62,452 nucleotides of DNA, filler included, from Choristocarpus tenellus KU-1152 (GCA_964200185.2; 11 parts of 11 records of this genome joined end to end with filler, not necessarily neighbours in it), one strand, 5' to 3'. Shown: positions 25,580-39,366, counted from the first letter of the whole stretch. Translations and numbers: made by a program. Notes: generated by a model from the sequence alone, not told the origin.

Positions 25580-27185
25580 AGTGTGTCACAACTTCCTCGG
25601 ATTTTTTTTTTGCGATTCTATGAAGGACAGTTGAGGCCCATCATCGGTACACTCTTGGGGTTGAAACAATGGAGAATAGTCTCTGGCATGGAAGTTTCCG
25701 GTTCCGGACCCACCTCATCTGTGGAGTGGCGTTTCATCGTGATTTGTACCGTTCTCGGGCTGTGGAGCACGAATTTGAGTATTGTAGCTCGAAATGAAGG
25801 TCTGGGGCAGGAGAAACGTTACGGTGAAGCGCATTGTGATCTATTCTCTGTGGCAGTATTGATTCTTGTTCGACCTTCCTCTCACCCCCGAAATCACGTT
25901 TTAGGTGGTTTTTCGTCATTTGCACCTTTCTTGGGCTGTGCTCCATGAATTGGAGTGCTGCACGGCTCGAAATGAAGCTGTGGCATAAGTAAAGAAGTTT
26001 TTGAAAGCGTATTTTGATTCATGTACTGTGACACTATTGAGACTTCTTCAGCCTTCCCTCACCTCCCATTTCAGCTTTTTGGTGGTTCTTCATCGTGATT
26101 TTCTCCCCGATTCCGGGCTGTATCAGACAGAATTGAGTGCTATGCGGCTCAAGTTGAATTTCCAGCATAGACAACGCCTTGCATGAAAGCACGATGTGAT
26201 CTGTGTGATTTTCCCAGTAGAGAAGCCTTCTTCGATCTGCAGGAGTAGTGTCCATGCCAGACCACAATGGTCGGAAGTGTATTTAGGAGTGTGTGCCAAA
26301 AATACTGGAGTTTGAAGCCTCAAAATGTTTTTTGTTTAAGGTCAAGAGTGCACACATGATCAAAGCACCTCGAATTCAAAATTGATATCAATAGTGCAAG
26401 TTCTGTACACTCGATATAGTGATGGTGATTTAGGGAGGATTGTCCATACCAAGTGAAGATGGGTTCGCTGATACACAGATGTCAGTCTAGGAGGAATTAA
26501 AGTAGGCAGGGATAAGACGCAGACACTGTTTGCTACCATTTCAATTCCATCATGGACGTAGTGTAAGGATCATGTCTATTACTCACATCTGGAAAGTAAC
26601 CCAAATTTCCATGTGTTCGGGAGTCAATTGTTAATGAATTAAAGGAATGATGAGATGAACTGTACAAAGTTCTGTGTCCTTCGTACGAGTTACGTGCGTA
26701 GTCTTTTCTTATAGTCATGTTAGTGGAAGAGTTTCATCAACACAAATTCACACCCAATCTTGCACATGACTATCTTGTGGTCTTTGACGCCACAATGCGG
26801 AAGCGTGTCCTTGCTCTGATCTGTCTCCATCCATGTAGATGAACAAGTATTTCCACAATTTTCCTTCCTTCTCCTTGAGTGCTCAATAGGTGTCATCTTC
26901 CATTACCCGTCAATCATCGAGAATGCCCTGCATGTATGGCACAATAAAATAGTATGCAAAACGAATGTACATAGTTCGTTGCGGTCACGTCTTCTATCTG
27001 TATATATCCAAAACATGTGAATCTGTCTACTGTGCAGATAACTATACAGTTGAGAGAATGTTCATTATTGAACACTGAACTTACCCAGTTGTGTACAGAG
27101 AAGTCTGCCTTGTAGATTGCACAGGTTTTGAGGTTGAGGATTGGCCACTGCCCGTTGGCCCCGAGCATAATCTCTCACAAAGTTG
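25580..27185 (-). pseudogene. Decayed RecQ-family SF2 helicase
   Basis: Colinear motif remnants across frameshifts: GPTGSGQSS (~27136-27162, motif I), IVPY..ILDD (Ia), ICVDE + W..RKDYA (~26700-26745, II and aromatic loop), LGMDNP..VQNLHY (RPNL-like), SGMD..RR..WEN..IVLSCKALSM (V), Q..GGEGR..S.C (VI), CQR/ILHCF..C..CD (Zn domain). Confidence 0.62.
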
Positions 27186-30140
27186 TGCAGATCGCGCATT
27201 TTATGAATGAGCTGACTCTACAGCATTTCACCTTTGAGAAACACACATGTCTAACGTACTCAAAGTAGCTTTGCGACACAGATTGGCGTAGACAGGTTTT
27301 CTGCCAGTTGCAGCAGAAGTTTTTAGGTACCCTGCGGAGGCATGAATGCAAGGACTGGATAAGTCATTCCACTTTGGAAGAGGGAATATAGAAGGGTTAA
27401 GGTGGCTTGTCCGTTGAGGGAAAGACTTGATATGGTGTACGAGTTAACCCTTTTAAGTAGAACTATATCTAGAGGACCCCATTGATCGAAACACACGGGC
27501 AAGGACAGTTGGTAATGTGCTTGGCTGTGTGAAGTACCTTTTTCCCACACATCCATATGCAGGTTTTCTCATTCCTAGTGGGTATCTCCATCAGGTCCAC
27601 AAGGTCAAAGCACAGAAATCCGATAACAGAGTCCCTGCACGTGTTGATGTACTCTCAAGGCTTTCCCGTGCCCATATAGTTCAAAAGGATTGGAACATTG
27701 GGCATATACCTCTTACGCAGTGAATCATATAGATGCAACAGAGTGTATGAGAGACGTGAGACTTCCGCGCCAATAATTGGGAAACGGTTCTGTTGAAACA
27801 TCGAGGGAGTATGGAAATAGTCCCTTCGAAAGCATATCATACCACTGACACTGGATAAGAAGACAGCAAGCATACCTTTCTGAGAAACTGAAGCACTTTC
27901 CATCTTCTATTCCCTTGCACAAAGAGATTATGTTGGATATTTTAAAGTGGCAACGAATATCTTACAGTAAACAAGTTCAGCCATCATGCGTTCGCGACCA
28001 ACAGTGGCAAGCATACCTTTGGGGCCTTTAGTTTCGGGAGGCTGTCGTTGGAGCACCCTGCCCAATACCAGTTGTTTCCTACCCGCTGGACCAGGTGGAG
28101 AACATAATCTCACCTGATCCCGCACCAAAACCTGGTTCCCGACATGTGTTCAGTGTTATGATCAACAAACATTGCTTCTTAACCCAGGAAGGTGGTGGCA
28201 GAAACTATGGACTTTGATGGAGGAGGTGGGATTCCTGAGATGGAGACTGTGGTGATAATGCAGGCAGGGAAGAATGTCAGTCCACCACTTGAGAACGTTG
28301 TCTATGGCAACAATCCTGGAGAGGATGTCGGTCCAACCAACCAAAGTACGGATGGCATAAATGGTACTGGTGCTTATCGTTTTCTTGGTGACATGCTCCG
28401 TTCAGCCTACCTTTGCAATTTCGTCATGAAGAGCTCAGGCATCGTGCTTGGCAGCTGCGTGAGACTAATCAGCCAGAACAGTGTGCACATCATCGCCAAG
28501 TCCACTAAAGATAAGGGCTTCCTTGAGCACTATGCCGTGCCCGTCATACTCAATTTGCTCCCTCCCCCAACAGATAGACTGCCCTATGACTAGCTCAACA
28601 GAGAAGACATTCTGCATTTGGGACGGATTGCAAAAGGTCTCAACCATCAACTTGATCCAACGGAAATGCCCTGAGAATAACCCTTTCCTCCTGCCAGTTA
28701 AGGTATATCGAGGTTTGGGGTCACCGTCAGTGCCAAGCAGAGTGGCATGGAGCGACTTCAACGTTACTGTTCTAGCTCATCTCTCGACAGTTTTCTTTGC
28801 CCTTCCGCTTCTTTTGCAGAGTTCCTGTTCCCGACCCGAATTGAAAGGTCCTGGACGGTTGTTTTCATAGTAGGTTGAAACACAACTTTCACTCATTTCC
28901 AAGGTGTAAACAAGGCGACTAGTACTCTTGTTCAGTGAACTACCTTCAACAAAATATGGCTTATCGTAAGATGACTTACAATGGTGGATTTGGGAGAGGC
29001 TGAAGCCCAAGGTGTCCAACATGGCCAATGTCTTTTACAAGGTGAGAAGTTTACTTGTTCTCTGTGTACCAATTGTACACATTGCTTCAAGCGGGGTTGA
29101 TGTCATGAAGGGGTTCAATCTAGTCATGTGCACATCAGACGTTCACAGTTTACTCCTATCCCTTTAAGTACCATGTTTGAACTGCATCAACGCCTTTATC
29201 CTTCCCTCCACCCTCTTAAACACCATGTTCTTCTTATGTCATCAAGGCTGGTGGAAAACCGATCAATCCTACCTTGCACTTCTATCTCAACATCATCGTC
29301 CACACGAGTCAGGAGGCGGTGGATATCCCCCAAGAGCTCTCGCATTTGAAGTCCACAAACATGTGAAGTTAGCTACTGCATTCGCAAAGTATTTGGATAG
29401 AAAGCTTTTTTGGTGCTTTGACTCCACCACAGCAGATTGCTGCTGTGATTTAAATTACCCGGTGATCCACTGTTTTAATGTTTCTGCGAGACTGTTTGAA
29501 TGCCATGACATTGCAGGGTTCGCAATATTGGGTTGACAGTTTGTGCCATTCATTATGACCTCTTACCGATCTTTTCCCACACAAACCTAACATCAACCCC
29601 ACCTTTGCTTAGTTCAGGTTCAGGTATGAGTGCTACCCGAAAGATGGGGAAAATGATTAGGCAAATATAGGCTCGTTCGCCAGAAGACCTGGTGATGCGG
29701 TCCAAGTGATGTACATCATCTTACCTGAAAATGTGGAGCGATCAGAGGGTCTAAAGAAGTGAGTTTCCGTTAGATTTTAGACATTTTAACACTTTCTGTC
29801 GCCCTATTTTGTATTGTTTTTTTGTCTTGCTTTCATTTAATCCTTCTTTCACCTGAACTACTAAGAGATAATCGTTTCCCCTGTATGCCTAACTAACTTG
29901 TCTGATTCCCGTTTTACTTGTTTCCGTGTCGCTGCTCCCTGAATACCTGTGCAATCATATTGAGGGCCAGGTGCTACAGCAGGGTCTCCGTTTTACAGAA
30001 CATATCTTCAAATATGGGAGCAGGACATCAAGAATGCAAACGCAAAGTCGAGGCAGATGCCTCACCTTCCACCACCTGCAGGTACTGACCAAAACCCAGC
30101 AGACAATTGTGGCCCCCCACCTTCTAATGGACGCACACAT

Positions 30141-30919
30141 AAGATGCTCAGCAGTGCTCCTTCTTCCCTTTGTAAGGTAATATAAGCCCAGTACTATATA
30201 TTTAGAAGGTATACAATCGATTATCCATTAGCAGGGTTGAGAATGTTATGTACCATAACATTAACAAAGATGCCAATGTAATGGCCTCTTCGCTTAGAGG
30301 CACATTCACAGACATGTTATCGCCTTTAAAGTCTGCATTAGATGCAATACAGACCAAAGGATGTAACTGAATGGCTTCTCCTTCGAATAATCTAGCCTGG
30401 AAAGCTTGAATGCCTAGTCTATACAGTGTGGGGGGCCTGTTGAGCAGTACTGGGTGTCCCTTCCAAATGTTTTCTAGAATGCCCCAAACAACTGTGTGCC
30501 TTCTTTTCGACAATCTTCTTAGAATACTTCACAATCTTAATAATACCTTGTTCTGGAAGCTGGCGAATAATAAAAGGTTTGAACAATTCTACAGTCATAC
30601 CTTTGATAAGGCCACACTCATAAAGCATAAGCTCAAGCCCTACTACGTTAAAGTATCTTAGAGGGTACAAGTTTTTCCTTGTTTGTCCATTTTGGGCTTG
30701 GTTTCCCACGGGTTCTTGATGATATTTTACCTACTCCAAAATGCTTTGGAGTAGGTAAAATGCATACGTTATGAAAAGGAGTGTCCGGAACAAGGATATT
30801 GTCATCTCCTAACAAACATGATAGCCAAAACTATATCAAATTGTAACTTTGGATTTTGACCCCCAAATGGACGTGGCTCTACCCTCTAAGATACTTGGAC
30901 TCACAACCACAGACCTCCC
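30141..30919 (-). pseudogene. rpoC: Degraded bacterial RNA polymerase beta' fragment (Bacteroidota-like), apparently split by a family A MITE
   Basis: GRSVVV|[104 protein letters not shown], with frameshifts, a stop and a mutated NADFDGD. Confidence 0.9.
30646..30902 (+). mobile_element. MITE family A copy within/adjacent to the rpoC relic
   Basis: Family core and TIRs; removing it restores G-R-S-V-V-V-V-G-L-E (cf. RpoC GRSVIVVGPE). Confidence 0.88.
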
Positions 30920-33900
30920 TGCACCTATGATGATACCACCCGTATCACTCCTCCAGGAAAAGGAAGAAAAAAAGGAGAACAAATACCTACATTATCAGTC
31001 AAGTCCACTGAGCAGACAGGTGATGTTATAGGATGAGAGGAGGAGTGGATGCATATATATTGTTTACCACTGTGCCTTGCTTAGGACGATCATAGAGCCT
31101 GTACGCACCATTCCAAATGCTTAAGTGTGATTACGAACAACATGCCCTCTCTCCTCTCGTATGCCGACTTGAGAGGGAAATGGATGTCTGTTACCTTAGA
31201 CAATCGCGTGGATTCAATCGTTGGAAAAGACATGATTTCTGCGTGGGGGAGGGAGGTGGTCGTGGGTTATAAATTCCTCCCCTCGACATCAACCAACACT
31301 TCTCTTTCACAAAATATAAATTCCTGATCCTCTCCAGAGAAGTACTGTACTTTTTCGTGTTGGAGGTAGATGCCAATCATGAAACAGGATTTCGCTTAAA
31401 TCGTTCCATGCGATGTAGATGTTCTTTGTCATCTAAGTGATGATCCAAAGTATCTGGGGGGGGGGGGGGGGGGGTAAACCAGGGGGGGCATTTGACGCTA
31501 GGCCAGGGAANNNNNNNNNNNNNNNNNNNNNNNNNNNNNNNNNNNNNNNNNNNNTTAATTAATTAANNNNNNNNNNNNNNNNNNNNNNNNNNNNNNNNNN
31601 NNNNNNNNNNGCGCAGTACATCCTAAGCATTCAACCCAATGGCACATAAGAAAAATCTCATCCCCCACTCTCAGCAGACACCACCGCGTATGATGAATGA
31701 TTTGCCTTATCAACCTCCCTACCCTAGCTTCAATGTCAACACGTAGCATCATGCTTAAACTCAACCATTCAGCCTCAACCCTTGGCGTTCACCTACATAT
31801 TTTTCCTCTTATATGCCCCTACACACAATTAGAACCCGCGCCAATTCCTCCTCGTCCTACAAACGTTTAGAGGCTAAGAATGTAAGGCCTGTGTGCTATT
31901 TCCGAATTCGTTTCTATTCAACCAAGCACCTCATACCCGTGTAGGAACATGGGTATGGGAAAGGATGATCGTTGGACATCTATCCTTGGCCTGTTGTCGT
32001 CAAACGTGGATTTTACCACCCGATCTTTCCCAAATGCATTCAGCCGCACATTCACAACATGTTACGTTAAACCCACCAATCACTATATATACCAATGTTC
32101 GTTGGCCTTTCCGCAGGATTGGGCAATTGTTCATCCCCAAATAGCTCTGACTGTGTTGTCCCACCTTCATATTATTGAACATTCGACATAATATTCTAGA
32201 GGCATAGTCAACACCATAATGTACCCATCCCTCAAACGCGGCAGAGTCTGTGCGCGGGGGTATAACATAACCACTCACCCATCGTATTTCCCTCAACCCT
32301 ATATTGTATGCAACGCTATACCTGGACCGTTGGTACCCACATATAACGCATGGTGTTTTTAGCACAATAACACCCGCACATGATATCACTATATTCCTGT
32401 CCAGAACAAACACACACCCATCCATCATTCTGCAACCTATTTATATGGAACACTCTTATCGCACCAAGAAACCCTCCGCAAAGCTAGAAGGTCGACGTCG
32501 TTACTCCCCACATTTTGACACCATGCTCCTTTATACAACTCGTGAAAATAATAGCCATGCTATTGCAGACCCACCAACACCTAGACTAGCACAAAGTCGA
32601 CGCATGTAAACGAACTCATGAGGTCAGAATTATTTTGAACGATTGGGATTTAAGATTATACACATCTCTGCTATTGTCAATGAAGCCAGCCGCCACGTGC
32701 ACCACTCTCTCCCCCTCTCCTCCCAAATTATGAAACGATTATTTCGATTGTCGAAGACAACAAAAGCAGCGTTTGTGTTGTTCTTCTCTGAGACCAACAT
32801 GCACACCAATTACCCTTTCTAAACGTCCATCATCGCATTGCGCATCTCTCCTTAATTTGCATGAAACCACCATATCCCTGGCATTAAACCTTGACCGACT
32901 CAACACAGTCTTGTTCGAAAGTCTTGAAACAAGGTCTACAAAGTTCAAGTGAATTATGCACTGATCGTATGCTCCCTCACAAACATACTTGTTAACATCG
33001 TTGCCCTAACTCCCATATCGCATTTTTGGGTTGATGTACGTAAGAAGTCACTCTCCTCTGTAGTCAATTCTCATCACTACCCACAGCACTTCACCGCCCA
33101 CGTTACCTGTTTTTGTGGAAGGGAATAGATAATCCCCATTGAATTTTTTCATTCCAAAGAGTAATCATTTCTTTCCAGTATTGCATCTTCACAACAATAG
33201 AGAAAACAATCCTCTCGAGTCAAACTCAGGACTTCATACATAGATGTAGTGAATTTGCGAAGGATTGAAAATCTGACTTAAAACAACCAAAACCTGGGTG
33301 CCTCCTTGTTTACCTTGGCTAATTATGGATGGGAACTAATTGTTAGGCATGTTGTCTCAACCTTTTTTACACTTCTTGCTCAAATTGGAAAAATAAAATG
33401 TACGAGTTGTGAGCCTAAGGCGAGGGGCAACCTATGGTGTGGTATTAGGGGAAATTTCAATAGGGGTTGTTTTGATATTGTTAGAGCGGATGTGATAAAA
33501 AAATTACACATTGGTGGGGGAAAAAGCACTAGTTTAACGTATGCCTATGATGATGAAAATACTGGCAAGAAGCATATGCGAAGACACTTTGGGGGGATAG
33601 GTCGTGCTCATGGGAGTGATACAGGGCTCGAAAAATACTGCATTTACTACTGGGGTAGTAGACATGAAATATTTTGAAGTACTTGGTGTACAAGGCATGA
33701 AAAGCAAAGAGGCACAGATAATTGGTTCATTCTGCTCATGGCAGACACTAGATCATATGTATCCCTGCACGTTACTGTGTGAGGGATGGCCTTCCAGGCC
33801 TTGTTGTTCGTTCATAATTGGGCACTGAAGAACTGAAGCACTAACTTGTTTTGTGCTCATGTAGCCTCCTTCAAATCTCTACCCTGGCTGCCATGTCTCC

Positions 33901-35059
33901 AACTTTTTGTGCACATCTTCCTCCAACTCTTCTACATTCCTCTTCAACATGTAACACTTGGTAGAGGCCATCCTCAGTTCTAGGGGGTGCAATGAGGTTT
34001 TCACTGAGCTCACTTCATCCTCCCAGTCATCTTCAGCTTCAATTTCATCCAGGCACATTTGCCAGCTTCACTAAAATGTAGCAACTTGGCCTGTGTCCTC
34101 TTCCACTATTACGAATTCGACCACTTGCCCATGCTCTTTCCTGTCTTACGCTTCTCCATGATCCAGCCTATCACAAACCCCCCAGAACCTCAATTGTGAT
34201 ATCACTGTGCAGGATCACATGTACCTTGTGAACGACTTCAAACTGTGTAAATGGGGAGAGTAGCAGACAAGTCCCCAGGTATCACATGGAAGAATTCAAT
34301 TGCTTAATTGGACATCATCAACTCAAGATTATTCCCAACCTGATTGGGTCATCTCCTAACCGACCTCTCAAAATTCTTGGCACCACTGTGCATACATTAT
34401 AGGGCTCCTGTGCATAAGAAAAGCACACCTACGTTTGGAGCACCACTAAATATTGATAGTTTGCAAGGATGCTTCAAAACTTATAGTGATGCACTTTAGA
34501 CTGACGTACCAAAATAAATTTTTGGGCTCTTCATAATATCAAACATCAACAGGCTAGAAATCGAGTTGTGATTCCTACTACTCACTAGTTTCTTAAAAAA
34601 TATCCAAATTTTGGAGTATCAATTCAGAATCAAATATTGATCCGTTTACTGCTATGTGAACAACTGCTAGACTCAAGTCCTCCCCACTATTAGGTTACAT
34701 AGAATCTTATCAAAAGATACACTCCAGAGCATATATTTCCACCATTGAGTAAATGGATTGAAACATGTTGGACCCATCTGTATTCCAACATCCTCCACAC
34801 TCTCTTGCCACAGCCAAAATCTGTGTCTATATAGCATGATATCTGGATTATGCTCCGTAGCTTGAGGTGAAGTACACGTTTTTGCCCTCCACATCGACCT
34901 CAACAATAGTCTACTATCCTCATACACTTGCCCACACGTTTTCCCACGCGCCCATCCCCTTTGAAACATTGAAGCAGCCTTCTACCAACAACGACCTAAG
35001 GGTGACCATCTCCCACCTACCTATCCATTTCTTGTTTATTTGTCTCCAGTTCTGATCAG

Positions 35060-35218
35060 GGCTCAAAGTATCTGGGGGGAGGGTGGCGGCTGTCCATTTG
35101 GGACCAATTTTTTCATGTCGCGATTTTTGGATGATCTGGTTCCATACTTCGGATGGATAATGAAAGCGCACTTTTCCTGGTTTTTGTCCAAATGGACACC
35201 CGCCAGATACTTCGGGTC
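35060..35218 (+). mobile_element. MITE family B copy
   Basis: GGCTCAAAGTATCTGG...CCAGATACTTCGGGTC termini; shared core. Confidence 0.85.
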
Positions 35219-36492
35219 ATGGCAGTTTCAGTGTTTTCACACGTTTACAACAGCACTCTGATTGTAGCACTCATTCAAACCGAGTGGCATAGAAAAGCAG
35301 GTAAGGGTTGCTTCCTTGTGTCTTGTCTTGCATCAACACAACATTAACGTATAGTGCTCAACCTCACCACACTCATACCGATTCCCCCCCCCCCAGGCAA
35401 TGTCGCAGCCTCAGTCCACCAAGGACTGCACCAATGCTGGGATCACCTCCTCCTTTGTCCAAGACACCACCTCCCCAGGAACCACCCCCTTCTGAAACAA
35501 GTGTGACATTGAACTCCCCACCACCAATGTCTGAGTAGTGGGTTTGTGTCAAGGTCCCTCTCTATCAAGGAGACATTTTACTAGGAACACAATGGACACA
35601 ATGAGATAGTTCAGCTTGCACCGATCATAATGAATCAATACAAAATGTCCTCTGTTGAACAGACAGGCGACTGATTAAGAGGCAACAGATCTGCCCAATA
35701 GTGTTGGATAGGACCGACACCATATTCTGATGGGGAGCAAGCAAGTTTGATGTCATTCCAAGTCTATCAGCAGGCATTCAAGGTTCAAAATTTACAAAAC
35801 TGACATTTTCCTCTCCAAGGAACCAATCCTGAGAATCCTGAGAGAGCAAACCATAAAGCCGTTGGATTGGCAGTTTCTAAAAGCAATCAAGATGCTACTA
35901 GAGCAAATCCAGTATGGTACGGGGTTGAAAGAAGCTGGATTTTTTTTATTGTATATTCATGTGTGCTCATTGGTTCAAATGGTCATTAGACAGTAGTGAT
36001 TGACCAACTATCGTTTTGAATTTGGTAACGTTCACACCTTTAGATTTACAATCTGCTACATAGTAAATTTATAACATGGTCAGGGGGTGGGGCATACACC
36101 AGATACTACATCCTGCAAATAATTGAGTATCATTGCATAAACCACACTGGAGTCTATCAAATCATGTTTGAGATTGGGCTGATAGAGAGAGGTATATAGG
36201 AGGAGGCAGCACTATCCGCCAACTGGGGCACTATCTTGTGTGTTAATCAATGGTCCTGTAAATAATGTGCCGCTCTAAGGATCTTGACGCCGCCCTATCA
36301 ACTCCCATCAATAAACATCTTGTTCGGAAATTTACAGTTGAGCGAGAAAATTCTCCAGCTCGTCTGAACCCAATTTTCATGACAAACTTTCTGACTCATC
36401 TGTGTACGAAAGACATGCTTCCAAAAAAAAACAAAGCAAGACTTTACTCCCCACAACTTCGGAGCCTCCCTCTACCGTTCACATGGAACTAA

Positions 36493-37622
36493 TTAGCGTT
36501 TGTCGGCACGACCTTGCTGCCACCTAAATTCTGCTAAGATCGATAGGTGGTCACTAGGGTAGTACATGTTTGGGAGGCCTCCTTCTTGCATAGCCTAAAC
36601 AGCAACATGACCAGGTGCACAGGTGCGATGGAGGGGTGAAGGTGGGCGGGAGGGGGGTGGGGGGGAGGGGAAACAGCAGTACAAGTCGAGTTAGCCACAA
36701 CCTAACTTCAATCTCTCTACAAAACCCTTTCATTCTCCCGTATTTTTTTATTGTACTTAGGTTGCAGCAAGTAAAATAGTAGAAGGCATCTTAATCTTAG
36801 ACTTGATGTGTGAATGATACTCAAACATCCCAAGAATAGTAGTACCACAACAGGAGGGCACTAATCCTGCGTCAGGATTCCAGCACTTAAAAAAACGGGA
36901 CAACGTGAGCCCCCCCTCCCAAAAAGAGTGGAATTCTGTGGTTACAGGGAGTTAGTGGCTTAGTCAGATCTCTTTACAAGTGAAAAAACAAACAAACCAT
37001 CATTTGATACCTCCCACTTGGTACCCGATGGCATAGTAGTGCTACCATCAAACAGAGCGCTTGAACTCTTGTGTGAAAGGATATGTTGGGCTTGTCGATC
37101 AAGGCAGGCAGGCAAAAGAGATAGTGTTTGGCTATATATGCCAAGATGGGCCACAAGTATGACAAGGGAAAATTCCTTCAGGACAGAGTTCATCAGGATC
37201 GTTTCAGGGACGTTCTATTCGAAGCTCAAAGATTCTTGGGCCTAGAGCAGGTTAGTAGTAAGTGATTCCTGGAGGAAGTCTCTAATATTTCTAGCCGATG
37301 GAGCTCACTACTACCTAGCCCTAACCCTAAGAAATAATAATCAGCTACAGAGTCAAGTCACCGGATTCACATAGTTTCACACAGGTTCTACCTTCACATA
37401 GGGACGGGTAGGTCTGTACACTTGATGGATGCTATCCAGAAGCTCTGAATGGGTTAAGTATCACGAAGGGCAAATCATGTGCAGTCGAGGATAGCGGTGG
37501 AGTGGACTCGTGGATCATCATTGCAGTCTCTTGATCTCACCTCTTCAAAGGAGGGCAGGTCAAGCAGAGACTGAACCTCCAGCCCAGGAGTGTGCCAGAT
37601 AAAATCAAGAGTCGACGCAAAG
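36493..37622 (-). CDS. Last two exons (37622..37541, 36594..36493) of an EEP-superfamily CCR4/Angel/nocturnin/PDE12-type nuclease
   Basis: Spliced peptide FASTLDFIWHTPGLEVQSLLDLPSFEE|AMQEGGLPNMYYPSDHLSILAEFRWQQGRADKR* contains the LDYI-like and catalytic PSDH motifs; canonical cacag|, |gtgag and tttag| sites, phase-0 junction. Confidence 0.85.
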
Positions 37623-37667
37623 CTGTGAGGGTAACAAAAGCAATGAAAAAGCAAAATAAATAAATAA

Positions 37668-37671
<4 letters not shown>

Positions 37672-37700
<29 letters not shown>
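37672..37700. repeat. (TA)n microsatellite
   Basis: Direct reading. Confidence 0.9.
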
Positions 37701-37704
<4 letters not shown>

Positions 37705-38189
37705 GGAGTGAAATCAATGTTGAGCTGTTCAGGAAAGTGAATATAGCATACACCCTTCACATGCTGCCTGCTCCACCCAACAACAAAATCAGATATCGCC
37801 ACCAACCAAACGTTGAGGAATCTGCAAGTCAGTACATGACAGGATAAGCTGCTGGAAACACCCCCAACGGCATGGGGTGTTCCTCTCGCGGTGGCGATGT
37901 ACTGTACTGTCATGACTAAACTGNNNNNNNNNNNNNNNNNNNNNNNNNNNNNNNNNNNNNNNNNNNNTTAATTAATTAANNNNNNNNNNNNNNNNNNNNN
38001 NNNNNNNNNNNNNNNNNNNNNNNGCATATAAGTATTGACATTATATGATGATCGACCTCTTTGTACGAATATCTCAGTCGTGCCCGAGATATTGTTTGTT
38101 GCGATCTCCCCCCCCCCACCCACCCTGTCAGATACGCCGATCTTCATTTATCTATTTTCTCGGGCAAGTTGTTGGACCTTTAACACATC

Positions 38190-38472
38190 GCAGTGGGCGA
38201 ATGGGGCAAGGGGTAGGTGGGAAGCGGTCGCGTGACACACGCGGCAGGCAGTAGTGAGCAACATGTTGCTGTCGACAGAAAGATCACGAGGGATAATAAA
38301 GATCAACAACGAAAAGATCAACAATGGTCTGACTGACGATGAACCAAACAAACGAAACTCGGTAACAACTTGGTNNNNNNNNNNCATCAGGCGATCATGG
38401 AACGACGACAACACTCCATCACCCACCGTTGGCAATTAGCCTCTCTTCTGCTTGGTTGAACTCCATGTAGAC
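38190..38472 (-). repeat. Second partial copy of the ParB-like gene (end of exon 1 plus most of intron 1)
   Basis: Close nucleotide match to ~20868-21216, including VYMEFNQAEERLIAN and the same donor site. Confidence 0.88.
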
Positions 38473-38479
38473 ATGCGAG

Positions 38480-39366
38480 TGAAAGTACCTGCGATCAAGC
38501 TCCTGGCGTACGTGTCTCACCTCCTGTCAGGTCTTAGACATAAACGCTGCATCGAGCGCATGCCACCCTGCACTTGGAGACCCGGGCGCGATAAACACAT
38601 GTAGGGCACGATCTTGCAGCATGATCAGCATGAGTCAGTTGCCAAGCTTTCTTGGCCCGTGAAGTGGCCTATCGAAGGTCGTCGTTGCTGGTCACAACAG
38701 GAACAGGTGATATTGAAGCTCTCGTCACCTGGTCTCCCTCATCACTCAGCAAACTCAATGATTCGAAATTCACTGCCCAGATGGCCCCCCACAGATGCTC
38801 TCCGAGCAATGGAGAGCAATCTCACAGTTATAAACTCCAAGGTTAGCTTGAGCCCTCACTGCGAAAGCGTAGAAGTCCTCACCCAGCTTTCCAGTGAGCA
38901 TGAGGAGGTTAGTGCTGGCAGACATCTTGTACACTATCAGCGTTGTCACTCCTCACAGCGTCCCAGGAACGATCGGGTCGCTACATAGCGTGTTGAAATA
39001 TTCCACACTGTACCCCCGGCTGTGTGCCTTGATAGAGGAAAATAAATGGCTTGGTGTAGATATGCACTATTAATGTTAAAAGAGGTTTATGGTCTCGATT
39101 CCACTGACTGAACTTGCGGGGGGTGAGACAGGTGTAGACTACCATTACTATTCCTATAGTGTGGGGTCTGCAATCGTCCACACTAATTTACTATGAATCA
39201 CTTATTTACTTGTCTTCAGTATAGCAAGTGTATCCTGAAAATGACACAAATTAATGGACACTATGCTAGTCAGTACGTACGATAAATCTATCACTGGCTC
39301 TCCATCCTATTATCTATTCCACTGGTGGTGTCTATAGTGCATCAGCAACACTATCTACGAACAACA
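38480..39366 (-). mobile_element. Ty1/copia 5' remnant: LTR (38991-39366, TGTTG...CAACA) plus decayed gag start
   Basis: Terminal inverted pentamers; gag-like MSASTNLLMLTGKLGEDFYAFAVRAQANL...AKKAWQL...GSPSAGWHALDAAF...VRQELD. Confidence 0.65.

Noticed and set aside
28400-28760. DEDDh exonuclease upstream of RecQ (WRN-like fusion)
   Set aside because: Only a loose H..A..DA.AL resemblance with stops; other Exo motifs are not found.
30141-30645. Plastid rpoC1 NUPT
   Set aside because: Diagnostic residues ([26 protein letters not shown]) fit Bacteroidota RpoC better than plastid RpoC1.
22986-30919. A single system linking the ParB-like gene with the RecQ and rpoC relics
   Set aside because: An artificial linker at ~22987-23085 separates the ParB contig from the others, so the adjacency is not biological.
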